Of a stretch of DNA of 64,000 bases, positions 27,578 through 36,538 are shown piece by piece (positions within the stretch are counted from its first letter, which is position 1; each line of letters opens with the position of its first letter). This DNA comes from an uncultured bacterium. Its GTDB lineage: Bacteria > Eisenbacteria > RBG-16-71-46 > CAIMUX01 > WJJG01. The translations under genes were made by a program, and so were the position numbers. The notes beneath the pieces are model-generated. The model searched no databases, had not been told where the DNA came from, and saw only the letters and a program-made list of their open reading frames with translations. Location of the stretch: NCBI GenBank assembly GCA_964612295.1, contig CAZTDY010000005.1, positions 1 through 64,000 of the forward strand, written 5' to 3'.

Positions 27578-30073
27578 ATGATCCCACTGCTTGCCCTGGC
27601 CGTCTGCGCTGATTTCGCGGGGGCCACGCTCGATCTCCGGGCCGAGGGCGATCGCATTCGAGCGGCTCGGGATCGGATTGCCAGAGAGGGGCTCTCCTGG
27701 CAGGCCGGCTCGACGTCGGTCTCCAAACTGTCCGAAGATGAACTGGCCTGGTTCCTCGGGCTGGACCTTGATCTTCGCGAAACGGCTCCCGGTGAGGTTG
27801 ATTCTCAGGTTCCGCCTGAGGATGCGGGCAGCGGCCCTCGACCGATGAGCGTTCCCGGACTGCCCCCGCAGCCGCAAGGCGGATTCATGATCGCGCCGCC
27901 GCCGGAGGGGGACCATCCCGCCCGCTGGGACTGGCGCGAACATGAGGGCGTCACCGGAGTGCGCGACCAGGAAATGTGCGGCGACTGCTGGAATTTCGCG
28001 GCCACGGCCGCCTTCGAATCCTACGTGCTGATCTACGATGATCAGGAGTACGACCTCTCTGAACAGGATGTGCTCAACTGCAACCCGTACGGATACGGAT
28101 GCAGCGGGGGCTGGATGACGGCCGCCTACAAACATTTCATGCGCAGCGGCGCCCTGGCGGAGAGTTGTATCCCCTACGAGGCGGATGATTCGGGCGCATG
28201 CGTCGACCGCGGATGCGACGTTCTCGACTACCTGAGCGGCTGGCACGATGTGCTCCCCACCGTACCCGACATGAAACGGGCGTTGCTCCAGGGCCCGATC
28301 GCCGTGGCGATGACCGTGCATGAGGATTTCCTCTGCTACACGGGCGGATGCTACGAGTACGACGGCAACGGCACGCCCAATCATGCCATTCTGTTGATCG
28401 GCTGGGACGACACGATGGCCGACGGCGCGGGCGCCTGGATCGGCAAGAACAGCTGGGGAACGAACTGGGGTGAGGACGGGTTCTTCTTCATCCGATTCAA
28501 CCAGTGCGAGGTCGGGTATGGTGCGACCGAGATCGAGTATTCGCCCCGCACCGGCATCGTCATCAACCATACCCCGCTTGCGGAGCAACCGATCGCGGTT
28601 GAGTCCTATCCGATCACGACGCGCGTGGTGAGTCAGGCCGGTCTACTCGACCACGACTCACTTCTTCTGTGCTACTCGGTTGACGGGGTGTCCTATAGTT
28701 CGACACCGCTCATCGCGACCCCCGAGATGGATGTCTTCGCCGCCTCGATTCCGGCGGCCGTGCCGGGCACCACGATTCAATACTACATCGAGGCCGCCGA
28801 TTTGACCGGCCGGGTTCAGACGGCTCCGGTTCGCGCGCCCGCCCAGAGCTACCGATTCCGTTGCGGATACCAGGTGCTCTACGCCTTCGATGGAGAGACT
28901 CCCGACCCCGCCTGGGCCCATGCGGCCATTGAACCGGGTTTCGGAGATCAGTGGCACCGAAGCGAGCTTCGCAACCACACACCTGATGGTGATTGGAGCT
29001 GGAGGTTGGGCCCGGTGGCGGATGCGGACTACGCCGACCTGCTCGACGCCGGTCTGGTCACGCCTCAGATCGCCCTGACCCCCGACTGTGAGCTGCGCTA
29101 TTGGCAGTGGATCGAAGCGGAACACAGTCCCTTCCACATGGGGTGGGCGTACGATGGCGGCCTTGTGGAAATCAGCGTCGATGACGGCGCCTCCTGGGAG
29201 ATCCTGACCCCCGAAGGGGGCTACCCCTACACAACCCGGGTCGGCATGGTGCCCGGGCCGTTTCCCTACGGGACGCAGCTCTTCTCGGGTGGTGTGGAGT
29301 GGCGCGAGATCACCTTCGACCTGAGCGACTACGGCGGACCAGCCCACTTGCGTTTCCACTTCGGGAGCGACGGGGCGATCAACTTCGGCGGTTGGCACAT
29401 CGACGACGTGCGCCTTCTCGATTTCACGGGAGATGGATCATTGGCCGACATCGCTCTCCATGACTTCTGTGCGCGGTGGAGTGATGACGGGGTGGATCTG
29501 AACTGGACCCTTGCCGAGTCGCACCCTTGGATCGGTTTCGTGGTCGAACGCGGCCTGGAGACCGTGGGCGAGTTCATGAATTGCCACATCGAGATGATCG
29601 GTCGGACCGGTGTGTCCGACCCATTGCAGCCCGGCGTCGAACAGCATTGTTTTACCGACGAGCCGCCGGAGCATCTCACGAGCTGCTACTACCGGCTGGT
29701 CGGGTTCGGGCCCGACGACACACGTGAGGTGTTGGGAACGATTCTCGCCACGCGGCAGACCGATGCCGGCGAGCAACCCGTCCGGCCGCAACTGAGGGCG
29801 AACGCTCCCAACCCGGTACGATCGCGGACCACGCTGCGGTTCTACGTCCCGCAGACCGCCGACGGGCTCCCGGTGACGCTTTCGATCTTCGACAGCACCG
29901 GCCGATTGCGGGCCCAACCCCTGAGCGCCCGGCGGATGCCCAGCGGGGAACACGCCTGGGAGTGGGATCGGGATCGTGGGGGAGAAACCGGTCTCGAAGC
30001 GGGGTCCTACTACGCGCGGCTCGAAGTTGGGGACTGGGTCACCACCCGGCCGATGCTATTGCTGCCGCACTAG
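27578..30073 (+). CDS. Papain-family (C1) cysteine peptidase with a large C-terminal extension and a T9SS sorting domain.
   Basis: 'QEMCGDCWNFAATAAFES' (Gln/Cys), 'NHAILLIGWDD' (His) and 'NSWGTNWGEDGFF' (Asn/Trp). Signal peptide 'MIPLLALAVCADFAGA'. C-terminal tail 'GSYYARLEVGDWVTTRPMLLLPH'. Confidence 0.85.
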   Translation: MIPLLALAVCADFAGATLDLRAEGDRIRAARDRIAREGLSWQAGSTSVSKLSEDELAWFLGLDLDLRETAPGEVDSQVPPEDAGSGPRPMSVPGLPPQPQGGFMIAPPPEGDHPARWDWREHEGVTGVRDQEMCGDCWNFAATAAFESYVLIYDDQEYDLSEQDVLNCNPYGYGCSGGWMTAAYKHFMRSGALAESCIPYEADDSGACVDRGCDVLDYLSGWHDVLPTVPDMKRALLQGPIAVAMTVHEDFLCYTGGCYEYDGNGTPNHAILLIGWDDTMADGAGAWIGKNSWGTNWGEDGFFFIRFNQCEVGYGATEIEYSPRTGIVINHTPLAEQPIAVESYPITTRVVSQAGLLDHDSLLLCYSVDGVSYSSTPLIATPEMDVFAASIPAAVPGTTIQYYIEAADLTGRVQTAPVRAPAQSYRFRCGYQVLYAFDGETPDPAWAHAAIEPGFGDQWHRSELRNHTPDGDWSWRLGPVADADYADLLDAGLVTPQIALTPDCELRYWQWIEAEHSPFHMGWAYDGGLVEISVDDGASWEILTPEGGYPYTTRVGMVPGPFPYGTQLFSGGVEWREITFDLSDYGGPAHLRFHFGSDGAINFGGWHIDDVRLLDFTGDGSLADIALHDFCARWSDDGVDLNWTLAESHPWIGFVVERGLETVGEFMNCHIEMIGRTGVSDPLQPGVEQHCFTDEPPEHLTSCYYRLVGFGPDDTREVLGTILATRQTDAGEQPVRPQLRANAPNPVRSRTTLRFYVPQTADGLPVTLSIFDSTGRLRAQPLSARRMPSGEHAWEWDRDRGGETGLEAGSYYARLEVGDWVTTRPMLLLPH

Positions 30074-30082
30074 CGCCCAGGG

Positions 30083-30760
30083 CTACGCCTCGGCGGTCTC
30101 CTCCATGGCGATCAGAGAGACGCCATCGACACCCTCGACCGATCCGAGTTCTCTCACGAACTCTCGGCCGCGCTCGGGAGCTTTTAGCCGCACGAAATAG
30201 GACAGCTCGAGAATCGCGCCGTCGCGCCGGGTGTTGATGTTCAGTAGCGTGCTCTTCTTCAAATGTTCCTTGAAAACGCTCTCGTGGAGCATCGACCCGC
30301 GCTCATCCGGCGTAAGAGAAAAGCGCAAGAGCAGGTCATGACTGCGCGTCGAGCCGAAACTGCCCAGGTGCAGGAGAATGATCAGGAGAACCACCGCGCC
30401 GGTTCCCGCCAGAGCGATGAGATGATATCCAGTGCCGGCGGCCATCCCCGCGGCGAGAGCCAGGAACACGAACGCGATGTCGCGCGTGTCCTTGATCACC
30501 GTTCGGAACCGAATGATGGACATGGCGCCGACGAGACCGAAGGCCCGCGCGAGGTTGTTGCCGATCACCATCATCACGATCGCCGTGATCATGGGCAGCA
30601 GAACCAGGGTGTTCACAAACGAAACCGAGTAGTTGAAACTGCGATGGGTTCGGCGATAGGAGATGGCGACGAACGCGCCCAGCACGAACGCGATGCCCAC
30701 GTTGAGCAGAATGTCCACGAGTAGGAATCGTTCACCGCTGAGTACCAGATCGTTCAACAT
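30083..30760 (-). CDS. DUF4956-domain membrane protein, commonly paired with VTC-domain proteins.
   Basis: Four predicted TM helices plus a C-terminal soluble domain. Adjacent to the VTC gene. Confidence 0.6.
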   Translation of the reverse strand: MLNDLVLSGERFLLVDILLNVGIAFVLGAFVAISYRRTHRSFNYSVSFVNTLVLLPMITAIVMMVIGNNLARAFGLVGAMSIIRFRTVIKDTRDIAFVFLALAAGMAAGTGYHLIALAGTGAVVLLIILLHLGSFGSTRSHDLLLRFSLTPDERGSMLHESVFKEHLKKSTLLNINTRRDGAILELSYFVRLKAPERGREFVRELGSVEGVDGVSLIAMEETAEA

Positions 30761-30790
30761 GGTCCTGTCCTCGGTTGCCCCTTATGGCTG

Positions 30791-31570
30791 CTAGTTCCAC
30801 ACTTCCAGGGCGGCGACCGAATCATCGGCCTCCTCCCACAGGTCAATTCCGTTGCAATACTTCGATATCGGTCTGTTGCTTCGATTGAGGAACGCTGTGA
30901 CGGGGCGTAGCCAAGGAGGCATGACCTCGTCGAACTTGATCTCTAGAATCTGCTTTCGATTCGTCAGGTGGCGCAGTCCACGCTCTGCGAAGATCTCGTC
31001 CACGACCGGCCGATAGATGCTGCGCACGTCATAGTCGAACGTCACCCGGGTACGCTTGCTCTCGACACCGATGAAAGCCTCGCGATCGTACACGACCAGC
31101 ACCGAGGGGTCCAACTGCAGCGCTTCCTCGAGGAAGAAGAACCGGGTGAGCGTCGCCCCCGCCGCGTAGGAGAGATTCAACTCCTCTGGAAAGGGCAATG
31201 CGAGGCGTTCGGCCGGCGCCCTGCGCAGTAGGTGGCTTGCCTGATCGTAGGACATGCCCACCCGCTCTTTGTAGATCGTCACCCCGTACTTACGTTTGAT
31301 CTCGAAGAAGGCGGCGGCGTCCTGCGAATAGCGGTTGTAGGTCCTCACGCGGAGTTTTTTCCGAATCGCCTCGCCCGCCTCCTTCTCATAATAGAAACGT
31401 AGGGCCGCGGTGTCGTAGTAGACGCTGCGAACGGTGTAGCGGTGTCTCGGACGTCCCTGCGAGTGGGGGTCGTGGACCATGAACGGCGCGATCATCCGGC
31501 GAATCTGGGCGATCTCGTCGGGGCTGACGAAATACTTCAGCTCGTATCGGCCAAATCTTGTCTGCGCCAT
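30791..31570 (-). CDS. VTC-domain (polyphosphate polymerase / CYTH-like triphosphate tunnel) protein.
   Basis: 'RYELKYFV' N-terminus and 'EIKRKY', characteristic of the VTC / SPX-associated catalytic domain. Confidence 0.7.
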   Translation of the reverse strand: MAQTRFGRYELKYFVSPDEIAQIRRMIAPFMVHDPHSQGRPRHRYTVRSVYYDTAALRFYYEKEAGEAIRKKLRVRTYNRYSQDAAAFFEIKRKYGVTIYKERVGMSYDQASHLLRRAPAERLALPFPEELNLSYAAGATLTRFFFLEEALQLDPSVLVVYDREAFIGVESKRTRVTFDYDVRSIYRPVVDEIFAERGLRHLTNRKQILEIKFDEVMPPWLRPVTAFLNRSNRPISKYCNGIDLWEEADDSVAALEVWN

Positions 31571-31618
31571 GGTCGGTGTCCCGGCGGGGGCGATGAATCA
31601 CGCCCGCCTTGTTGTTCC

Positions 31619-32704
31619 TCAAACGCCCAAAGTATGATCCATCGTGTGCCGCAGTCGATCGGTCAGCCATGCAAGCAGGGTGATCTTCTCGCCGCGGAAC
31701 TCCACGTTTCCCTTCATTCCCGCCACGGACGCACGACCCGGATTGGGGATCGCGACCGTGACCCAAACCACTGACTGCTGATGGACGGAGCTGACCTGCC
31801 GATCCACCCGGGATACCCAGCCCTCGAATCGGCGGCTGCCCATCCCATCGGTCTTCACGATCGCCGTCTGCCCGGCCGCCAGGGTCTGCGCGCGCGAGGG
31901 TGAGACCGGGGCGATCGCGTAGAGGGTGTCCATGGCGGCCACGCGCACCAAGGCCGAGTCGCCCTGCAGGGTGACGATCTCTCCCTGAATGGGGCAGCGG
32001 ACGCGATTCTCCTCGAGTCGTTCGGCCGCGATGTCGATTCGCTGCTTCAGCCAGTCCCGGTGCGCCCGCCACCCGGCAATCACCGCCTCCTTCTCGCCGA
32101 CCTGAGCCACCTCCAGCCGGAGTTGCGCGGCCTGGAGGTCCGCCTCCGCGGTCCGCTCCAGGGCCTTGGCGAGATCGAAGGCTTCATTGCTCACCAGCCC
32201 CTGCTCGAGGAGCTGCTGGGCGCGCTCGTACTCGGTGGACAAGCGGTCGTGCTCGGCCCGAGCCGCATCCACCTCGCTGCGAGCCAGCGCGACCAATTCA
32301 TCCCGTTCCCCGGTACTCGCGGCCCTGAGGTTTGCCTCGGCTTCGAGCAGCTGGGGGCGCAGCTCTTCCAGTGCGCTGCGCGTTTCGTGAGAATCGAACC
32401 AAGCCATCTCGCTGCCCGCCGGAACTATGAGGCCGGGGGTCAGATCGGGCGCCATGCCGAATCGGACGAGATCGCCTCGTTCGAAGCGATAGAGGTCGAT
32501 CTGCTGGCGATCGCCCTTGCCCCGCTCGAGGAGCCGAGCTTCAAACGTGTCGGGCTCGGTTTTCTGAAGGATCCACTCGCTTTGGGGGAAAACCCGGCAG
32601 GGTCGCGTAAAGCGCATCCCGAAGCGGACCCAGGTGGAGGTCAGCACCAGGAGGACCAGGGCGGCGACCACCCCGACCGTCATGATGAAGTGCCGATGAG
32701 ACAT
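31619..32704 (-). CDS. HlyD-family membrane-fusion / periplasmic adaptor protein.
   Basis: N-terminal TM 'FIMTVGVVAALVLLVLT', a long coiled-coil, and a C-terminal beta-barrel region. Confidence 0.7.
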   Translation of the reverse strand: MSHRHFIMTVGVVAALVLLVLTSTWVRFGMRFTRPCRVFPQSEWILQKTEPDTFEARLLERGKGDRQQIDLYRFERGDLVRFGMAPDLTPGLIVPAGSEMAWFDSHETRSALEELRPQLLEAEANLRAASTGERDELVALARSEVDAARAEHDRLSTEYERAQQLLEQGLVSNEAFDLAKALERTAEADLQAAQLRLEVAQVGEKEAVIAGWRAHRDWLKQRIDIAAERLEENRVRCPIQGEIVTLQGDSALVRVAAMDTLYAIAPVSPSRAQTLAAGQTAIVKTDGMGSRRFEGWVSRVDRQVSSVHQQSVVWVTVAIPNPGRASVAGMKGNVEFRGEKITLLAWLTDRLRHTMDHTLGV

Positions 32705-32911
32705 AATTCTCCCGGTTTCCCGTGACGCCGACGCGCAGGTGCGTTCGTTGCCACACTCACCTACTATTCTACCACGGCGGCTCGAAAACCCGCCACCGCA
32801 TCCCGCCCGCATTTCTGGCCAATCCCAGCCGCGAGCGCGTATCTGCAGTCTCTGACATCATCTAGCACCGGCTCGCCGGACCGAGGGGGCCTCTTGGCCT
32901 CGTCTACCTAA

Positions 32912-35900
32912 CTATTCAATAATCAAAAACTTGCGCGATTGCTTGAGATCTTCGGTCTCCAAACGGACGAAGTAGACACCGGGCGAAGCCGGCCATCCAC
33001 CGTCCGTGCGCCCATCCCAGACGAGATCGTGGGGCCCGGCCTGCAGCATCCCGCCGGCCAGCTTGCGCACCCGCCTCCCGGCCACATCGTAGATCTGCAG
33101 ATCTACCCCGCGCATGCGGTCGAGCGTCAGTCGAATGTGGACGCGATCTCCACCCGGATTGGGGGCCGGCCGGGCCAGACTGAGGGACCAGGGGGCCTGC
33201 TCGGACCCGTCTTCTTCTCCAGGATCGACATCCAGCACGTAAGCGCTGTTGATTGTCCCCGGGGTGCCGTAGCCGGTCGAAGCCGCCCAGGACTGGGGGA
33301 GGGCGTTGTCGAATCCGGCCGAGATCAACTCCAGGGTGGGGCCGAGGCCGTCCGGCTCGGACGGCCAGGGCTCGTCATCGTCATAGGTCAGCGAATCGTG
33401 GATCGCTCCTTCTGAATCGAACAGGCGGATCAGCTCGCCGCCGCCGCTGAGCCCGAAGTCGAATTCGCCGCACAGAGGCCCATCGTTGGGGAAGACGGCG
33501 CGGAACAGGGTGCTGTCCTCGCAGAGCACCAGGAACCCTCCCGGGGGGACCTCGACCCCCGGGGGAATCTCGAAGTTGTGCGCGTCCTCCTCATCCTTGA
33601 ACACCCAGCCCTCCAGGTCGGCGGTGACCTCTGCGTTGTTGTACAACTCGATCCAGTCGCCGACGTCGACATCGTCCTCGCTGTTGTAGTTGATCTCGTT
33701 GATCACGACCGCATCGGCCGGAAGCGGCGCGGGTCCGAACAGCGCGCTAAGCGTGTAGTCGTCGTCCGGTTCGATCACGGCCACCGGATCCAGCGGAAGC
33801 CCATCGTCGGACCACTGGAGGAACTGATACCCGGGGGCGGGGATTGCGGACAGCGTCATGGGAACCTGTTTGAAATAGGTCCCCGACCAGAGCTCGCCGA
33901 TGTCGATGGCGGTGAGGGCGATTGTTCCCGACTCGGGCGGGTAGACATCCAGGGTGAGCGTGTACAGCCCGTCCAGGCCGAACTCGTCGATCACGTGCTG
34001 CCGGGCGGGGTCGGTGCGGAGCTCAAGAAACTCGAGCACCTCCTCGGTCTGTTCCTCCCAGATGCCCAACGTAAAACCCCACCGCTCCATGTGGGTGGCG
34101 ATCTCCATCTCGATCCCGGCCATCACGGCCTCGGCCACCGGCGTCGTCACCGATGGGAGGAACGTGCTGTTCATATGATCTGCGTAGCGGTTGATGAATC
34201 TGTATCTGAACGCCTCGTTCTCGAGCAGGCTGCGCATCAAGAAGGTCGACCAGGGCGGATTGGGCCAATCCGGCCCATCCGGCTCGAGGGCGAAGGAGAG
34301 CGTGTTGTGATACGGGCCCACATAGAAACCGATGCCCCAGTCCATATCCTGGAGCAGCCACCGCCATCTTCCGTTCGGCGTGTCGGGACGCCAATAGCGG
34401 ATGTTCCCGCCGGGCCAGTCGTTGTTGGCGAACCAGATGCGGGTCAGGTAGTAGGTGGCGAAGTCGTCCACCTCCATCTGAGACTCGATGTAGGCGAAGT
34501 CCTCGTCGTCCTCCAATCCGTTGGTCTCGATGTAGCCGAGCATCGCGAGGTAGTGTCCGGCGGATCCCTCCATGACGACCTGCTGGTCACGCAGCAGATC
34601 CACGTTGTCGGGATCGACCCCGTAGTTATCGGCCAGGAAACGCGCGTCGAGCCTCTCCCGGATGTTGTGAATGCCCCAGTACACGCCGTTCAAGTAGACG
34701 ACCGAAGGGCTGTAGGCCTGGTAGCCGACTCCGGTGGAGGCCGCCAAGCGCTGCTGGAGCGCATCGCGCAGATGGGCCAGACACCAGTCGTTGCCCGCGT
34801 TGCGAAGGATCAGGCGCGTAAAGGTCTCGATGTCCTTCTCGTCGAAGAACGGGTAGGCCATCTCGGGTGGGCCGTAGTCCTCGTCGGCGATGAGCCGGAG
34901 CGCCTTTTGGGGATAGGTGCGCGTCCAACCCCCATGGATCTTCATGCCCATCTCCTGGCGCAGCCGGGTGATGCCATCGGTTTCAAAGAACTCGACGTGG
35001 ACGGGACGTTCCCAGTCCTCCCAGTAGTTCGCACCGTGATGCGGATACTCAGGGTCGGCGTTCTCCCCCAGGATGTAGATGCCCGTATCGGTGTCCCAGA
35101 GATTGGGGGGATCGGTCGCGAGAGAGAAGACCGGCAGATCGGTGGCTTCGTCGACGATATAGGTTCGCGAGCTGATCGGACTGGGCAGATACCCCGACTC
35201 AAAGGACCGCGCCCGAATCACGGTGGTCGTATCGACAGCGATCGGTGAGCCGTACAGCGCTGAACCCTCGGAGGGCTCGGCCCCATCCAGGGTGTAGTGG
35301 ATTTCTGCCCCGGGCGAGTCAGTCCAGAGCGTGACCAGGACCGGTGCGGCGTAGAAGCCCGGATCAGGTGAGAACTGCACAGCAGGCGCGAAGTCGACTC
35401 CTCCACCGGTGCCGTTGGGGCTCTCCGGGGTGGATTCGCTGAAGTAGTGCCAGGTCTCCGATCCGTCGGGGGCCCGACCTTTGGAGATGTCCTGCGGCAG
35501 AGAGTCGGTGGCCATACTGTCGAACACCGCGCCCGACGCGGCGGAGAGCATGAGCTGCTCGCCCTGGCGGTCGATCTTGAAGTTCGTGTGCAGGTGGGGG
35601 AGGAGAAACTGCACGAAGGGATCGGGACCTGCGCCGCCGGTCGGCTCCGAGCGGCCGACCGAGAGTATCGGGATCATGCTCAGGTCATCACTGCTCAGTG
35701 ACGTATTGTGCACCTGGATCGCCAGGGTGTTGTCGCCAGGGCGCAGAAGTCCGCTCACATCGGGGATCAGGTAGGTCTCAGGCACCCCTCCCCGGTAGAT
35801 TGCGGCCTCATGGGAGATCGTCGCCGGCAGGTCCCAGGGGGGATCACCGGTGTAGTAGATACCCTCGCGGAACAGCTCTTCCCCGTTCAGGTAGACCACG

Positions 35901-36538
35901 AACGCATCGTCGTAGTCGATGTGGAAGCAGAGATGCGTGATGCCCGTCGTGTCGCTGACCACCACCGTGCGGCGCAATGAGGCTGTCAGACAAGGGGGAA
36001 GCAGGGTGGCGTCGTCGCCGTCCCCGAAACCGAATCCGCTGGGCCCCTCCGACCAGGAGGAGTCATCGAACCCGTCCTCCCACCAATCCTCCGGCGGCGC
36101 CGTCGCATTGGCGCGGTAACGCCAGAGGTCGCCCCACATGACAACCGTGTCCCAGTAGGCTTTCTGGGCCAGACGATCCTTGCTCGAGGCGAAGATGAGG
36201 AGGTGCTCACCAGCCCGGATATCCCATTTGGGAAGCTGCCACTTGTAGGGATCGTCCGGATCGTCGGTCAGCCCACAGTTGAAGAGCTCCACCTCCTCGG
36301 GACCCGTGTTGTAGAGCTCGATCCAGTCCGAGGTGTCGCCGTCTTCATCGAGAATGCCCTGGGTGTTCGACGGCAGGTATTCGTTGATGAGGATCTCGCT
36401 CCGTCCCACACCCGGCAGAGCGGCAAGAAGGAAGGCAACGCAAAGCGCTAGCGCGATCATGCGCCCGGTTTTCGCCTGAGACACGTGGGGACCTCCCAGG
36501 ATGTCCTCTGCTGTGACTGCCACAGCAGGTGCACTCAT
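32912..36538 (-). CDS. Giant secreted protein with a lamin-tail domain, a CotH domain, a second lamin-tail domain and a T9SS sorting domain.
   Basis: LTD motifs 'ILINEYLPSN...DWIELYNTG...LFNCGLTDD' and 'VVINEINYNSEDDVDVGDWIELYNN'. CotH core 'RLILRNAGNDWCLAHLRDAL...VVYLNGVYWGIHNIRERLD'. C-terminal tail 'GVYFVRLETEDLKQSRKFLIIE'. Its ATG abuts the TAG stop of the upstream gene. Confidence 0.8.
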   Translation of the reverse strand: MSAPAVAVTAEDILGGPHVSQAKTGRMIALALCVAFLLAALPGVGRSEILINEYLPSNTQGILDEDGDTSDWIELYNTGPEEVELFNCGLTDDPDDPYKWQLPKWDIRAGEHLLIFASSKDRLAQKAYWDTVVMWGDLWRYRANATAPPEDWWEDGFDDSSWSEGPSGFGFGDGDDATLLPPCLTASLRRTVVVSDTTGITHLCFHIDYDDAFVVYLNGEELFREGIYYTGDPPWDLPATISHEAAIYRGGVPETYLIPDVSGLLRPGDNTLAIQVHNTSLSSDDLSMIPILSVGRSEPTGGAGPDPFVQFLLPHLHTNFKIDRQGEQLMLSAASGAVFDSMATDSLPQDISKGRAPDGSETWHYFSESTPESPNGTGGGVDFAPAVQFSPDPGFYAAPVLVTLWTDSPGAEIHYTLDGAEPSEGSALYGSPIAVDTTTVIRARSFESGYLPSPISSRTYIVDEATDLPVFSLATDPPNLWDTDTGIYILGENADPEYPHHGANYWEDWERPVHVEFFETDGITRLRQEMGMKIHGGWTRTYPQKALRLIADEDYGPPEMAYPFFDEKDIETFTRLILRNAGNDWCLAHLRDALQQRLAASTGVGYQAYSPSVVYLNGVYWGIHNIRERLDARFLADNYGVDPDNVDLLRDQQVVMEGSAGHYLAMLGYIETNGLEDDEDFAYIESQMEVDDFATYYLTRIWFANNDWPGGNIRYWRPDTPNGRWRWLLQDMDWGIGFYVGPYHNTLSFALEPDGPDWPNPPWSTFLMRSLLENEAFRYRFINRYADHMNSTFLPSVTTPVAEAVMAGIEMEIATHMERWGFTLGIWEEQTEEVLEFLELRTDPARQHVIDEFGLDGLYTLTLDVYPPESGTIALTAIDIGELWSGTYFKQVPMTLSAIPAPGYQFLQWSDDGLPLDPVAVIEPDDDYTLSALFGPAPLPADAVVINEINYNSEDDVDVGDWIELYNNAEVTADLEGWVFKDEEDAHNFEIPPGVEVPPGGFLVLCEDSTLFRAVFPNDGPLCGEFDFGLSGGGELIRLFDSEGAIHDSLTYDDDEPWPSEPDGLGPTLELISAGFDNALPQSWAASTGYGTPGTINSAYVLDVDPGEEDGSEQAPWSLSLARPAPNPGGDRVHIRLTLDRMRGVDLQIYDVAGRRVRKLAGGMLQAGPHDLVWDGRTDGGWPASPGVYFVRLETEDLKQSRKFLIIE

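Noticed and set aside
33578-35248. Long plus-strand ORF (556 aa) lying entirely inside the minus-strand LTD-CotH gene.
   Set aside because: Antisense ORF typical of high-GC DNA. Arg/Gly/Val-rich low-complexity translation with no motifs. The minus-strand frame has clear domain content.
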